Position numbers and translations under genes: made by a program. From Squalus acanthias (taxonomy: Eukaryota), in assembly GCA_030390025.1 (NCBI GenBank), contig CM059432.1:61444001-61508000 (forward strand): 64,000 nt of DNA, in the 5' to 3' direction. A model generated the notes under the pieces. It was not told where the DNA came from, did not search any database, and saw only the letters and a program-made list of their open reading frames with translations. Shown piece by piece: positions 34,620-45,907 of the stretch; position 1 is the first letter of the stretch; every line of letters begins with the position of its first letter.

Positions 34620-35385
34620 ACCGTGTGTCTGTATTTTCCAGTGATTTAGAGAGAGTTATACATGGCAGCATTATCGGGATTAATCTTTGGCTTCAGAGCA
34701 CTAATACTTGAATTTTAAGGCCTCCAGAGCTGAACCCCATAAAATACAAATACATTCTGAATACTCATTTTATCTCCTTAAGGTTTTCTTGCATTATATA
34801 GCACTGTAGGGTATTGATCCATTTCATGTTTTGTATCTGTCACCACCACAGTCTGATCAAGGGCTCAAATGAGTAGGTTAGAGACAGCAGGAAAGAGAAT
34901 GTCTGCTTGAAAAAGAAATCAGAGGTCTGAAGTGCAGGAGGTTCGTAGGAACCATTTAGTACAAGCTGTGTTGGTGGAGATTGTTTTGAGTTGTTTTCAG
35001 CAATACATTTGAACTGTTTTGAGCTGCATGTCTTTTATTCACTACATTAGCAGTAAGGATCACAGTCTGAAGACATAGCACCTGTAAGCATCTTTTAAAA
35101 ATTCTTTTGTGTTAAACTTTGCTGAATAAAAAATTGGATATCTTATCTCTTAATTTTAATATTGAGAAAAAACCTAACTTCAGTTGGCACTCGATGGTAA
35201 AAGTCGATCCACAGGGAGACACTGATTTGCAAATTTTATGACTGCTTTTAATATACAGACACTGCCAGGAAAAGAATCGTGATTTTATATTACACAGGGG
35301 GACACATTTATAGAAGTTTTTGAAACATTCCCAGAATCATGAGCAGCAAGTGACTATTAGCTGTGCAAAAGGTCAATGAGTATTT

Positions 35386-36082
35386 TAGAATCATAGAATG
35401 ATTACAGCACAGGAGGCCGCCATTCGGCCTCTGCAAGAGCACTTAAGCTAGTCCCACTCCCCCGCCCTTTCCTCGTAGCCCTGCAAATTTCTTTCCTACA
35501 GGTACTTATTCAATTCCCTTTTGAAAGTTATTATTGAATCTGCTTCCACCACCCCTTCAGGCAGTGCATTCCAGATCACAACAACTCGCTGCGTAAAAAT
35601 TGTTTCTGCATGTCACCTCTGATTCTTTTGTCAATCGCTTTTAAATCTGTGTCCTCTGGTTACTGATCCTTCTCTCATTTAAAATAGTTTCTCCTTATTT
35701 ACTCTATCAAAACCATTCATAATTTTGAACACCTCTATCAAATCTCTTAACCTTCCCTGCTCTAAGGAGAACAACCCCTCATCCCTGGTGCCATTCTAGT
35801 AAATCTCTTCTGCATCCTCTCCAAGGTCTTGACATCCTTTCTAAAGTGTGATTCCCAGAATTGATCACAATATTCCAGCTGAGGCCTAACCAGTGTTTTT
35901 TCAAGGTTTAGCATAACTTCCTTGCTTTTGTACTCTATGCCTCTATTAATAAAGCCAAGAATCCTATGTGCTTTTTTAACAGCCTTCTCAACTTGCCTGC
36001 CACCTTCAAAGATTTGTGTACATATACCCCCAGGTCTCTCTGTTCCTGCACCCCTTTAAAATTGTAATATTTAGTTTATATT
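35386..36082 (-). mobile_element. CR1 3' fragment
   Basis: Collinear with 2425-3100. Confidence 0.88.
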
Positions 36083-36644
36083 TCAGATATATAGAGAATA
36101 TATATTATAGACATACAGCAAAAGAATGCACAAGCAAGAGAGCATGTAAGACAGACTTTTAGCAGATCTCCCGTGACATTGCTTATGGCAGGTAAGATGA
36201 AACACTGTTTCATAAGGACAAGACCATTATATTATGCAATGCATAATGTATTATTCTGCTGCTAAGGTGGAGCAATGTCCTTTTAAGGTCACGCAGTCTA
36301 ATTCCAGTTAAGGAAACACTGGATGAAGTCATTCAGAATTCGACAGGATATCTTCAGAACCCCCAGAGAAATGGTGTAAACAAGGGTGATTGCTAAAGTT
36401 AATTAAGATGCTGTAGACATTCTGACACCAACATTTTATGTTCCTGGGAATATCTTCTTTGTACATTGAAAATAACTTTTTATTTCCTTACATGTTTTTC
36501 TGGCGACAGAAATTTGCAATGGGACTTAATGTCCAACTGACAGGAATGCACACTAGACATGGTAATTAACATTTTTATTATATTACTAGTAGGTTTTCCG
36601 TGGCGTTGTTCAAGTTACACTCCCTATTTTACCTGTCTCCATCA

Positions 36645-36792
36645 CCTTTCTGTCGCTGGTTCTCTGTCTCTTTGTTCTTTTCTGTTTGTCTCTATTCTCT
36701 TTTGTTTCTTCCTTTTTTTTTCTTTTCTGGCTATTTGTCCTATTTTCGCTCTTATCTTTTGTTATTTTGCTTTCTCTTGCTTTTCTTTTTCT
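36645..36792. repeat. Pyrimidine-rich low-complexity tract
   Basis: T/C-dominated sequence; it explains the spurious F/L/S-rich and K/R-rich ORFs here. Confidence 0.8.
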
Positions 36793-38202
36793 GATTGTGA
36801 GGATGCAGGTGGTGGTTGGTGAAAGGTACAAGAGGTGGTCAGGGAGGTATGTGGCCAGGATGTAGTCAGGTTGTGAGTCGCCATTGACTAAAGGTTTTCT
36901 TTTCCACAGCTGTAATCATGTCCTTAATTAACAAGGCCACCCTACTTCCTTTTTCCCTTCTCTTTATCTACTGAAAATTTTATAGCTGGGAATATTTAGC
37001 TCTCATTTCTACTCGAGCTGAAGCCAAATTTCCATCAAGGCTATATCATATCCCTCCATTCTAATTAGTACCTGTTTCTCCAATTTTATGTCTAATATTT
37101 CGGGTATTCACATATAAACAGTGCAGCAATTCATGAAATCTACCCTATATTGTTAATTTGGTGTCATTGCAGTCTTTAATTTATTCAATTTCATTACCCA
37201 CCAATGATAAGTATCAATTATATTGATATAAAACCCTAGAAAACAATACATTTCAAAGTTGCAACATTTTTTAAATGCACATCAACACGATAATTACCAA
37301 AGACATGAGAGATCTGCCATTATCTAACAAGACTATATTGTCAGTTTACACCGTCTCTTCTTTTTTTGTTGTTTATTTAAGGTCAGGAATATTAGCATTG
37401 TTAAATATAATGTTTTTGCATTTTAGGTATCCATGCTTGGAATTTTTGCAAGGTTTTCCAGCAATAGATCAGCAGAATCCCAAATGAAACAATGTAACAG
37501 TTAAAAATGACCATTTACACCATTTCTGACAATTTACCGTCAAAAGTACAGCAGGAGATTAGGAGAACCCCATGGAAATTCAGGGCTCCATTGTCGACAT
37601 CAGACAATTGTCATTACTTACAGTGCTGGGATCAGCACAGATGTTCTTGTCCTCCCATAAGTTAGCTGTGCAATTATAGGCTACAGAACTTTATAAATGA
37701 ACTTTAGTTTCTACTGAACATTAAATGTTAAAATAATTTATATACACAGAAATATAGGAAGTGGACATAAACAGAAGTCTTCTCTTCTTCTTAGGCAGTC
37801 CCTCGAACCGAGGATGACTTGCTTCCACACTAAAAATGAGTTCTCAGGTAACTGATGAGTCCAATGCGGGATCGACAGTCTCTGTCACAGGTGGGGCAGA
37901 CGGTGGGTGGGGTGCTTGGGTTGATGTGCGCTCCTTCCGCTGTTTGCGCTTGGCTTCCGCTTGCTCCCGGCGAAGAGGCTCGAGGTGTTCGGCGCCTTCC
38001 CGGATGCTTCGCCTCCACTTTGAGCGGTCTTGGACCAGGGATTCTCAGGTGTCGGAGGGGATGTTGCACTTTTTCCAAGGAGGCTTTGAGGGGGTCCTTG
38101 AAGTGTTTCCTCTGCCCACCTGGGGCTCTCCTGCCGTGTCGGAACTCCGAGTAGAGCGCTTCTTTTGGGAGTCTCGTATCGGGCATGTGGATGATATGGC
38201 CC

Positions 38203-39836
38203 TGTAGAATTCGCAATATATCGCGATTTTATTAATAAGGAGAAAAACACAAAGTTTCATTCAAACAGCTTTTATTTCAGTAGAATGCTGGCAGGTTTAA
38301 AGTGGACACAAGCAGCCTGTAAAATGGCCGCCGCACCTCGTGACAGAACATTCTAGACTTTTCAACAGGCAGACAAGATGGCGTTCCAATAAACATTTGT
38401 GCAAGATCGATTAAGATTCAGCACAGTGAAGATAATACACGAGACATTATGGGTTTGCAGTATACACATAGATACTGAAATCGGTCTCCCAGGTACAAAG
38501 GAAAGCCATTGTACCGAGTAATCAAGGGCCCATCCAAAAGACATTAATATGTAAAATCCCAACGACTCTACGATGAGAGAGAGCCGTTAGCAGGTAGTTA
38601 TACAGGACACTTGGAAGCCCCAAACCCCTCCAGGGAGAACACCGACCGATTTAACAATGGGAGAAATATTAACAGGTACTCAGACATTTACGAGTAGCCC
38701 CGAAACCCATTAAGAACGGAGATCACCCATACAAGACATTTTGAGCGCCAAACCCTAAACAAAAGAATGGACATTATAGTTGGGCGGGAAAACGGAAGAT
38801 TTTGCACTATAATTGCAGGCTCCAAACCGTCCAGCTTTCTCTTATCCTGTGCTCTTATTTCGTAACCTCGTGGCTGCTCCTGTGTACTCGTAGTCGGGCT
38901 CCTGCTTGCCTGTTGACTCTTTGAAAAAGACTGTTGAACTTTCTGATCCGTTCGGATCTACCTCGTGTCGCGTAACGAAGACCTATGTTGGTAACTGGCA
39001 GCGGAACCAAAGGCCCGAGATGAGATGAGATGAGATGAGATGAGAAGAGAGGAAGACCATATCCATCGCCACGGTCAGTAAATCCCGACCGCGCCTGTAG
39101 GTCGATTAGCCAAGTTTTCCTCGCCAGGAAGACTTCTTCGAACTTGCAAGAAAACATATCGTATCGACGATATCGACAACTGTGCTCGAAGAGTACCTGT
39201 TAAACCAACCAATATAGATCTTCATCACAGCAGACGTTCCAGCCTGCTAGCCGGAGCAGCAGAAGCAAGTAAACAAGTGGGACTAGGAGATCTCCTGACC
39301 GACACGTGGGTGCTGCGGTGAAAAACATCCGATCAGCTATTCGGAATTTCTCCGAGTTATCACGAGTGGTGAGCATGAGTCTCGAAATCCTACGAATCTA
39401 GTTTAGGATAGATATTGATAGGGGAGGTTTAAGGATTAAGGATATTTGTAATGTGTGCCCCTATTTACTTTGTGCCGTTCGTTCCTCGTTTCCCTAAGAT
39501 CGACTATATAACTGTTTGTAAGATTGTACTGTCATTAATCTGTGCTTATGACATGTATTTCATAATCTTAAGTATCATGCAATAAAGATTTTCCATTTCG
39601 TACCATTCAAACCGAGTCTACATGAGTTTCATCTCCATTACTGCTCTCGCATCTAAGTCCAGTGTCTAGAACCGTAAGGGAGAGTGATTCGAACCACTCA
39701 CAGGTGTGTCTAGTGTTCCCAGACTGGCTGGAGACCAGAACAGGCAACAAGGCCTAGACCCGCACTGACATACAGGCTGCACAGAGCCGCGTGAATCTCA
39801 CAGGCTGCGAGACACGCAGGGTCAGAATCCCTTACA
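38203..39836 (+). mobile_element. Solo LTR, 1634 bp
   Basis: TGTA...TACA ends, exact 4-bp TSD gccc (38199-38202, 39837-39840), RTE sequence resumes on both sides, AATAAA at 39581. Strand is inferred from the polyA signal. Confidence 0.85.
39017..39044. repeat. (GAGAT)n microsatellite within the solo LTR
   Basis: gagat x5 plus a partial unit. Confidence 0.9.
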
Positions 39837-41762
39837 GCCCATCCAACGGAGCTGATCGAGCGTGGTCAAAGCTTCGATGCTGGGGATGTTGGCCTGAGCG
39901 AGAAGACTGACGTTGGTGCGCCTATCCTGCCAATAGATTTGCAGGATCTTGCGGAGGCAGCGTTGGTGGTACCTCTCCAGTGCTTTGAGGTACCTGCTGT
40001 ACATGGTCCATGTCTCTGAAGCGTACAGGAGGGCGGGAATCACTACTGCGCTGTAGACCATGAGCTTGGTGTCGGGTTCGAGGTCCTGGTCTTCAAACAC
40101 TCTCTTCCTCAGGTGACCGAAGGCTGCACTGGTACACTGAAGGCGGTGTTGGACTTCGTCATCGACGTCTGCCCTTGTTGACAGTAGGCTCCCGAGGTAT
40201 GGAAAGTGGTCCACGTTGTCCAAGGCCTCACCATGGGTTTTGATAATCAGGGGGGGGGGGGGGGGGCAGTACTGTGTGGCGGGGGCAGATTGGCAGAGGA
40301 CCTTTGTCTTACGGATGTTTAGTGTAAGGCCCATGCTCTCGTACGCGTCGGTGAAGGTGTTGACGATGTAATAATGCTATAATGCTACAATGTAATAATG
40401 CTATTGCGAACTGGACTTGTGTGTCAACTTCATTTGTAGCTTGCTCCTTTTGAATCAGAAAATTGGGGGTTCAAGTTTCACTCCACGATTAGAGTACATA
40501 AATTAGTAGCCAAAAATGCCATCATTTGGATGAGATATTAAACTAAAGTTTTGTTAGCCTGTTTCTGTGGTTTAGGAGGAGATTCTATGGCACTACAAAA
40601 GGTAGTATGGAAAATTAATTCAATTTAGTCCCTTATTCCCTTGAAGAAATGTGCAGCCTTGGATACATGCAGTCTCAGTTAACAAAGATTAGGGAGTACT
40701 TAATAAAAATAAAATTCAGGCTTTCTTTAACAAGAGCTCTTAATCAGTATTCCCTTCATTACCTTCTTCAATTTACCTTCATTGGATGTACATTCTCTTT
40801 GTAATTAGAAGAAGATTCCTTTTGTCTTTTTCTGTAGTAATCTTTACCTAGCAGATGTCAAAGTGTACAAAGTATATTCAGGTCAGAGAGTTAGAGGTTA
40901 TATTAAGTCAATTTATTTGAGTACACTAGCCAGTTACAGACAGAGACAAATGTGTCAGTTAGCTGTACAAGTTGTCTGAAATCAAGGAAGGTGAGAGTTA
41001 ATCCAGCTAGCTCAGATACCGTCATTGGCGTGCAAGGTGGATTCAGCCAGAATAGAGGATCCAAGTGGAATAGATAATCCTGTCATGAAGGGGCTCATCG
41101 ACTCAAAGTTCCAGAAGCTAACACCACCGTCCCAGGAGAGGAAGAAGATAATTTTAACCATGCCGCTCATAAGGATAAGGTTGTATAAACTCTGGAAACA
41201 TTGTTAGCCACCAGCACATAAACGCTAATGTATTCAATAGACTGGCTATCCAAATCTGTTCATTTGTTAACAAAAATAAGGAGTTTACTGCTGGAGTAGT
41301 CTCACCAATTTGAAGTAGTCTCAGACACTGATCTCAACTATAATTTGATAATCAGCAATCTCGTTAATGCAGAATTACAGTGAGACGCTGAATTGTCTTT
41401 ACAATCTGCGTTGTGCATTTAGTTAAGTAACTCTGTCTATTAACTATTTGTCATTCAAATTGCTAGGTAATTCTGTCTATAACTAATTGTATCTATTAAT
41501 TATTTGTAAACTCAATGTTTCAACTTAAGTGGCGATAATTGTGATCCTGTAGTCAATAAACAGTTGTCAGTGCATGACATGTTCGACTTCTTGGATGATT
41601 TGGCAAGAAAGAGTTAATTCATTCAGTAGCTTGTGGGTATCCTAATTGAGGGTGGTAAGAGGAACTCAAATTCAATCCAAACTGCATGATATAAAACAGT
41701 TCAGCAAGCCAAATTTAGGCATCAATTATTCCTAGAGCTAAGGTGGGTGGTATACCCCAGGA

Positions 41763-41915
41763 CTATGTTTCCCCCTAAGGTGCGCAAGCGCGCATCAATC
41801 GGGAAATCTCGCGCCGGCCACTCACAAGCTGCTGCCACTGGAAGATACCGTGCATGTGTGGCCGCACAGCAAATTTAAAGAGACCACACATGAAAAAAAA
41901 TTAGAGGGAACATTG
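41763..41915. mobile_element. hAT-type MITE
   Basis: ctatgtttccc...gggaacattg with 8-bp flanks ccccagga/ccccaggt (7/8 match). Confidence 0.72.
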
Positions 41916-42019
41916 CCCCAGGTGGTTCCTTAATGAGGAGTGACGTGAGGGGGGTTAAAGATTCATCTGGTTCCTTGGCATATATTTGTTGGGATAACAA
42001 AACCAGTGTTCTTACAAGA

Positions 42020-42720
42020 TGTAGATTTGAGTGTTGTCAGCATACTTGTGGAAGCTGACTCCATGTCTGTGGACAATGTTGCCAAGGGGAAGCATGTAAC
42101 TGTGGAATGAGAGGGGGCAAAAGACAGATCACTGGGGGAATTCAGAGGTAATGAATTGGGAAGATTGTTCTGGCTACAATCGAATAAGAAAGAGTGGAAC
42201 CAAATGAGGACAATCCGAGTGAGCTGGACAATGGAGGATGGTGTGGACGACTGTGTCAAAGACTGCTGAAAGGACAAGGAGGACCAGCAGGGATAATGCA
42301 CCATGATCACAAGTACAGAGGATGTCATTTGTGACTTTCTTTAGGTTGTTTCAATGCTCCGGTAGAAACCTGATTGGGAAGATTCAAGAGTTGCAGGAAA
42401 GATGGATGGTGAGTTGGGAGGCGACATCACATTCAAGAACTTCGGAGCAGAAAGGGAAGTTGGAGGTGGGGTAGTAGTTTGCAAAGATATAGGGGGTGAG
42501 GGGGTGTTTTTTTGAAGAAGGGATTAATGATGACAGTTTAGAAAGCAAGGGGGTCATACCTGAGGAGAGAACACCATTTACAATATATGCAAGCATGGGG
42601 GCCAGGAAGAGTTGGATTGTCAGCAGTTTAGTGAGAATGGGGTCAAGGGAGCAGGAATTCGATCTCATGGATAAGGTTGGCTCAGTGAAGATTTGAAGGG
42701 AGATATGAGATAAACCAAAG
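42020..42720 (-). mobile_element. Old L2 LINE RT fragment
   Basis: SCSLDPILTKLL, LAYIVN.VLSSG and NYYPTSNFPFCSEVLE..VASQL resemble L2 RT. Confidence 0.75.
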
Positions 42721-44139
42721 AAAGATGCAGATTAAAACTGAGGGCGCGGGAGGTTTAGCTTATAGAATCCAGAAAATTACCAAACAGTAGAAGAAACAAC
42801 TTGCCTGCACTAAAGCTGAAAAGTGGCTAGACTGTTGTTAACTGCTCCCTGCAAATCTTGAGCTGGGTTCCAGAAACTCGACTCCCCTTTTGTCATCTCC
42901 TTGCCCAAGGTCCATTTCTGACTTCCAAAGCCATTGGCTATGTTGAATCCAGCCACCAGCACAGAGACCCCAGGATGGACTTTCCTCCAGGGAGATTTCA
43001 CCCATTGGAGGTGGGGGAGGGGCAGGACTTTTGCTCTTCACCCCAACCCTGCCATGATCCCAACCTATCTTACTGGGCCAGGGATCATTAATTATGTAGG
43101 CTGTGACCCAGGTGAGATCCCCATAGCACAGAGGGGGGCTACTGAAGCTGGGCAGCAAAATTCAGTGGTGCTGCAGCGGGACACTGTCATTTAACCACGG
43201 CGGGGTCGACAAGGGACAGGCGGGCAAGTTCCCTGCTGTGGGAGAGAAGAAAATTCCTGGCAGTGCTGGCAGACGCATGGATCTAGTGGTTGGCCTTCCC
43301 TGCCCATTTTCCATCACTATAACCCCTTCATCTATAGCCTCCACCAACAGGAAAAGAAGTGTGTGCAAAAAGTGCACTCACCCTCTGCATGCATCACGGC
43401 AGGATCAGCAAATGTTGATACAGCTGACCGGTCAGATTCCTGACATTTAAACATGGAAAATACTAACAAAATTATGAGTGGTGTGAGCAGAAGCTCCAAT
43501 TCTGCTTGCTATAACTACTCTCTGTGCTCCTCCTTTGACCTCGAATGTGAGCCTTGCATTTAAAGAGATGAGGGTTGGCACTGAAATGTGCTTACTTTGG
43601 AATGTCCAAATGACATCCCTGTGGAGTCCCTTGGAAATGTAGCATATGAACTAATCCTCCAGTGGAGCACCAGGCATCTTGTAGCATAAGCAGATGAAGA
43701 GGTGCCTCCTGCACACAGAGGGCAGGAGCACAGTTGCTGGTCTCAGCAAATGCTACTAATTCCCCCATACTCTACACTGAGGAACTTAGCTACAGCACAG
43801 CACCCTGCCACAGAAAACTGCCCCAGACCAAAAGCAAAAGCCACAGAAGACCATCCAGATCGGAGGTTGGAAGTCAGAAAACTCAGTGAAAACTTTCTGA
43901 CAACCATCCATGCCACATCTATGGAATTCCTCAAGCTCCACAACACAGACCTCCTAGGGGCACAGTGAATAAAGTTTGAAAGATGCTATTAACTCGTTGT
44001 CTGTAATCATCGTAGTTTACTGCAGGGGGACAGGAACTGGTACAGGGAAATGTTCTTGCCGGAGCTTGTTCAGGATGAGCGAAGCGCTGCTGTACTTTCC
44101 GTTCTCCCACAGTCCTGTAACTTGTTCTCGGTCAGCCCT

Positions 44140-44734
44140 TCTGCACTTTGTAGACAGTTTGCGACGCTCCGCCATTTCACCGAAAAAAATAATTTCTCTC
44201 CATCGCTGAATACCTTATAATAACCCTTTTTTTAAAAAGTTATCTGAAGACTGCCTCCCTCGACCGTGAAGGAAACAACTACGATATCCTTGAGGAAGGT
44301 TCAGTTATAAACACCGGTGAACTTACTTATATGTGATGAAAATGGGCAGTAAATGTCTCCCGCCGCCCCCACGGTATCCATTCACTTGAGAGAAACCTTG
44401 CAGTACAGTTGCATTGCCTGCATTAACTCGCACTGCTCTGAAGGTACAATCTCTGGCTGCTGGCAGCGGAGCCGCGCGCTGCCATTCACACAATCTCATG
44501 TATCCGCTCGCTCCGTGCCTGGGAAGCGCGTGCCGGTTGCAGGAGTCGGCGGCTCACAGCTGGAGGATGCGCTGATTAACTGGCACTCAGCTGCACGGCG
44601 CAGAGAATCGGCTTTCCTTGTCCTTCCCTCCCCACTCTGCACCGATGTGAAGAGGAAAATAATAAACATTTAAAAGAAAAATAATATATATATACATCTT
44701 TAATTGGATTGTGAAAGGAAAACTGAAGTGAAGC
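44140..44734. promoter_or_regulatory. CpG-rich promoter / 5' UTR candidate
   Basis: Non-repetitive, CpG-retaining stretch in a CpG-poor background; GC box-like cgccgccccc (~44371); YY1-like aaatggcgg on minus (~44169-44177). Confidence 0.6.
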
Positions 44735-44782
44735 ATGTGTGAAAGCCCCCATTGCCGCAGAGCTTTGCCGATTATACATTTG
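44735..44782 (+). CDS. Probable first coding exon of an unidentified host gene (MCESPHCRRALPIIHL, phase 0)
   Basis: ATG with A at -3, in-frame TGA two codons upstream, 16 open codons ending at TTG|GTGAGT, directly downstream of the CpG-rich region. No downstream exon was identified. Confidence 0.5.
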
Positions 44783-45621
44783 GTGAGTGTGTATGGCTAT
44801 TTTTTTTAAAGAATGTGCTTAAAGCTGTAAATGACCTTCATAAACTGTAGCTCCCAGGTAATGATATGTTCAAATTATTTGATAATAATGTAATACCTCA
44901 TTAAGTTTCAGTCTGTGCGACTGGCTGTCCGTTTTTATACGAGTGTGTGTACTATAACCTGACTCAAGCACTTCAGTTTATTTTTTTTCTATTTGAGCCA
45001 AGCATTCTGATGTTTTATTGCAGCAAAAGCCCCGGGCTAGCTTTGCAGTCCACTGCAGCGGGAATTTAATGTCAATCCGGGTTCCTCTTCAGCCTGTTGC
45101 GGTGCAGATTTTAATCAAACGCGGTCAGTGATGTAACGTTAGTGGGGAATGCGCCTAGGCCAGCTCTGCTTGTACAGAGTGCCACACACAGGGAAACCAG
45201 AAAACATGCCAAGGTCTGCTGGAAGCTGCTGAGATCTAGCCCCAAAGTAATCTAGATTTTGAACCAGTATGTAATGAAGATTAACCCTGTGGTTAGATCT
45301 GCCTGGTTAGAAGGTCATACTGTACATGTTAAACTCAAATTCTGATATGCTTGGAAATGTCGACAGTTCTGTGCGTCTCTTTGTGTTTTTGTATTTGTGT
45401 TGTGAAAATATAAAGAAAAATTGCAATGCCCACTGCTTTCTGATAAAATACAAAGTTAGCTGTAGAATTTGTTGAAGGCCAAACTGCTGCACATTTAAAA
45501 TAACCAGTAATGTGTTCTTTCATACATGTTCCTGATTTCATGTGCAGGGCAGATCTTCAAGTGGTGATCACTGAAATGTGAGAAACTTCAATTTCACTGC
45601 TTTGCCTGAATAAATATACAC

Positions 45622-45907
45622 CAGAAGTTTTCAAACTTTTTTATGTTGGGAACCCCTACAAGTATTGACACATTCCTGGGGTTCCCTGTCCTAACTTCCA
45701 AAAAATTGTTTTGTCAGCTAACCCCCGCCCCTCCCCCCCAGCAAAAACAAAAATACTGTCATTGCAGAAAAGCTTTCTTTATTAGAATACAACAATAGAA
45801 ATAATGTGGTAACAAGACAAGTGAAGAAAAATAATTACAGGCAGAAATCTGATGACTTCAGGGGCCCTATGGGGTTCCTCTGCAGAACCCCAGTTTGAGA
45901 ACCTGTG
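45622..45907. mobile_element. Old hAT (Charlie-like) MITE
   Basis: cagaagttttcaaact ... cccagtttgagaacctgtg; no TSD recognised. Confidence 0.5.

Larger units (their letters stand above)
37779..40368 (-). mobile_element. RTE LINE 3' part, interrupted by a solo LTR
   Basis: (GAA)-type tail at ~37780; CPTCDRDCRSRIGLISYLRTH; ORF 39822..40334 is highly similar to 380-850. Confidence 0.93.

Noticed and set aside
36087..36191. Possible plus-strand exon ending GCAG|GTAAGA
   Set aside because: Good donor and one open frame, but the acceptor abuts a CR1 edge and the peptide is unrecognisable.
36559..36831. Hydrophobic and K/R-rich ORFs resembling membrane or basic proteins
   Set aside because: They are translations of a low-complexity pyrimidine tract.
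41081..41579. Possible solo LTR (TGTCATG...CATGACA, AATAAA near the end)
   Set aside because: Flanks (aatcc / tgttc) give no TSD and there is no second copy in the window.
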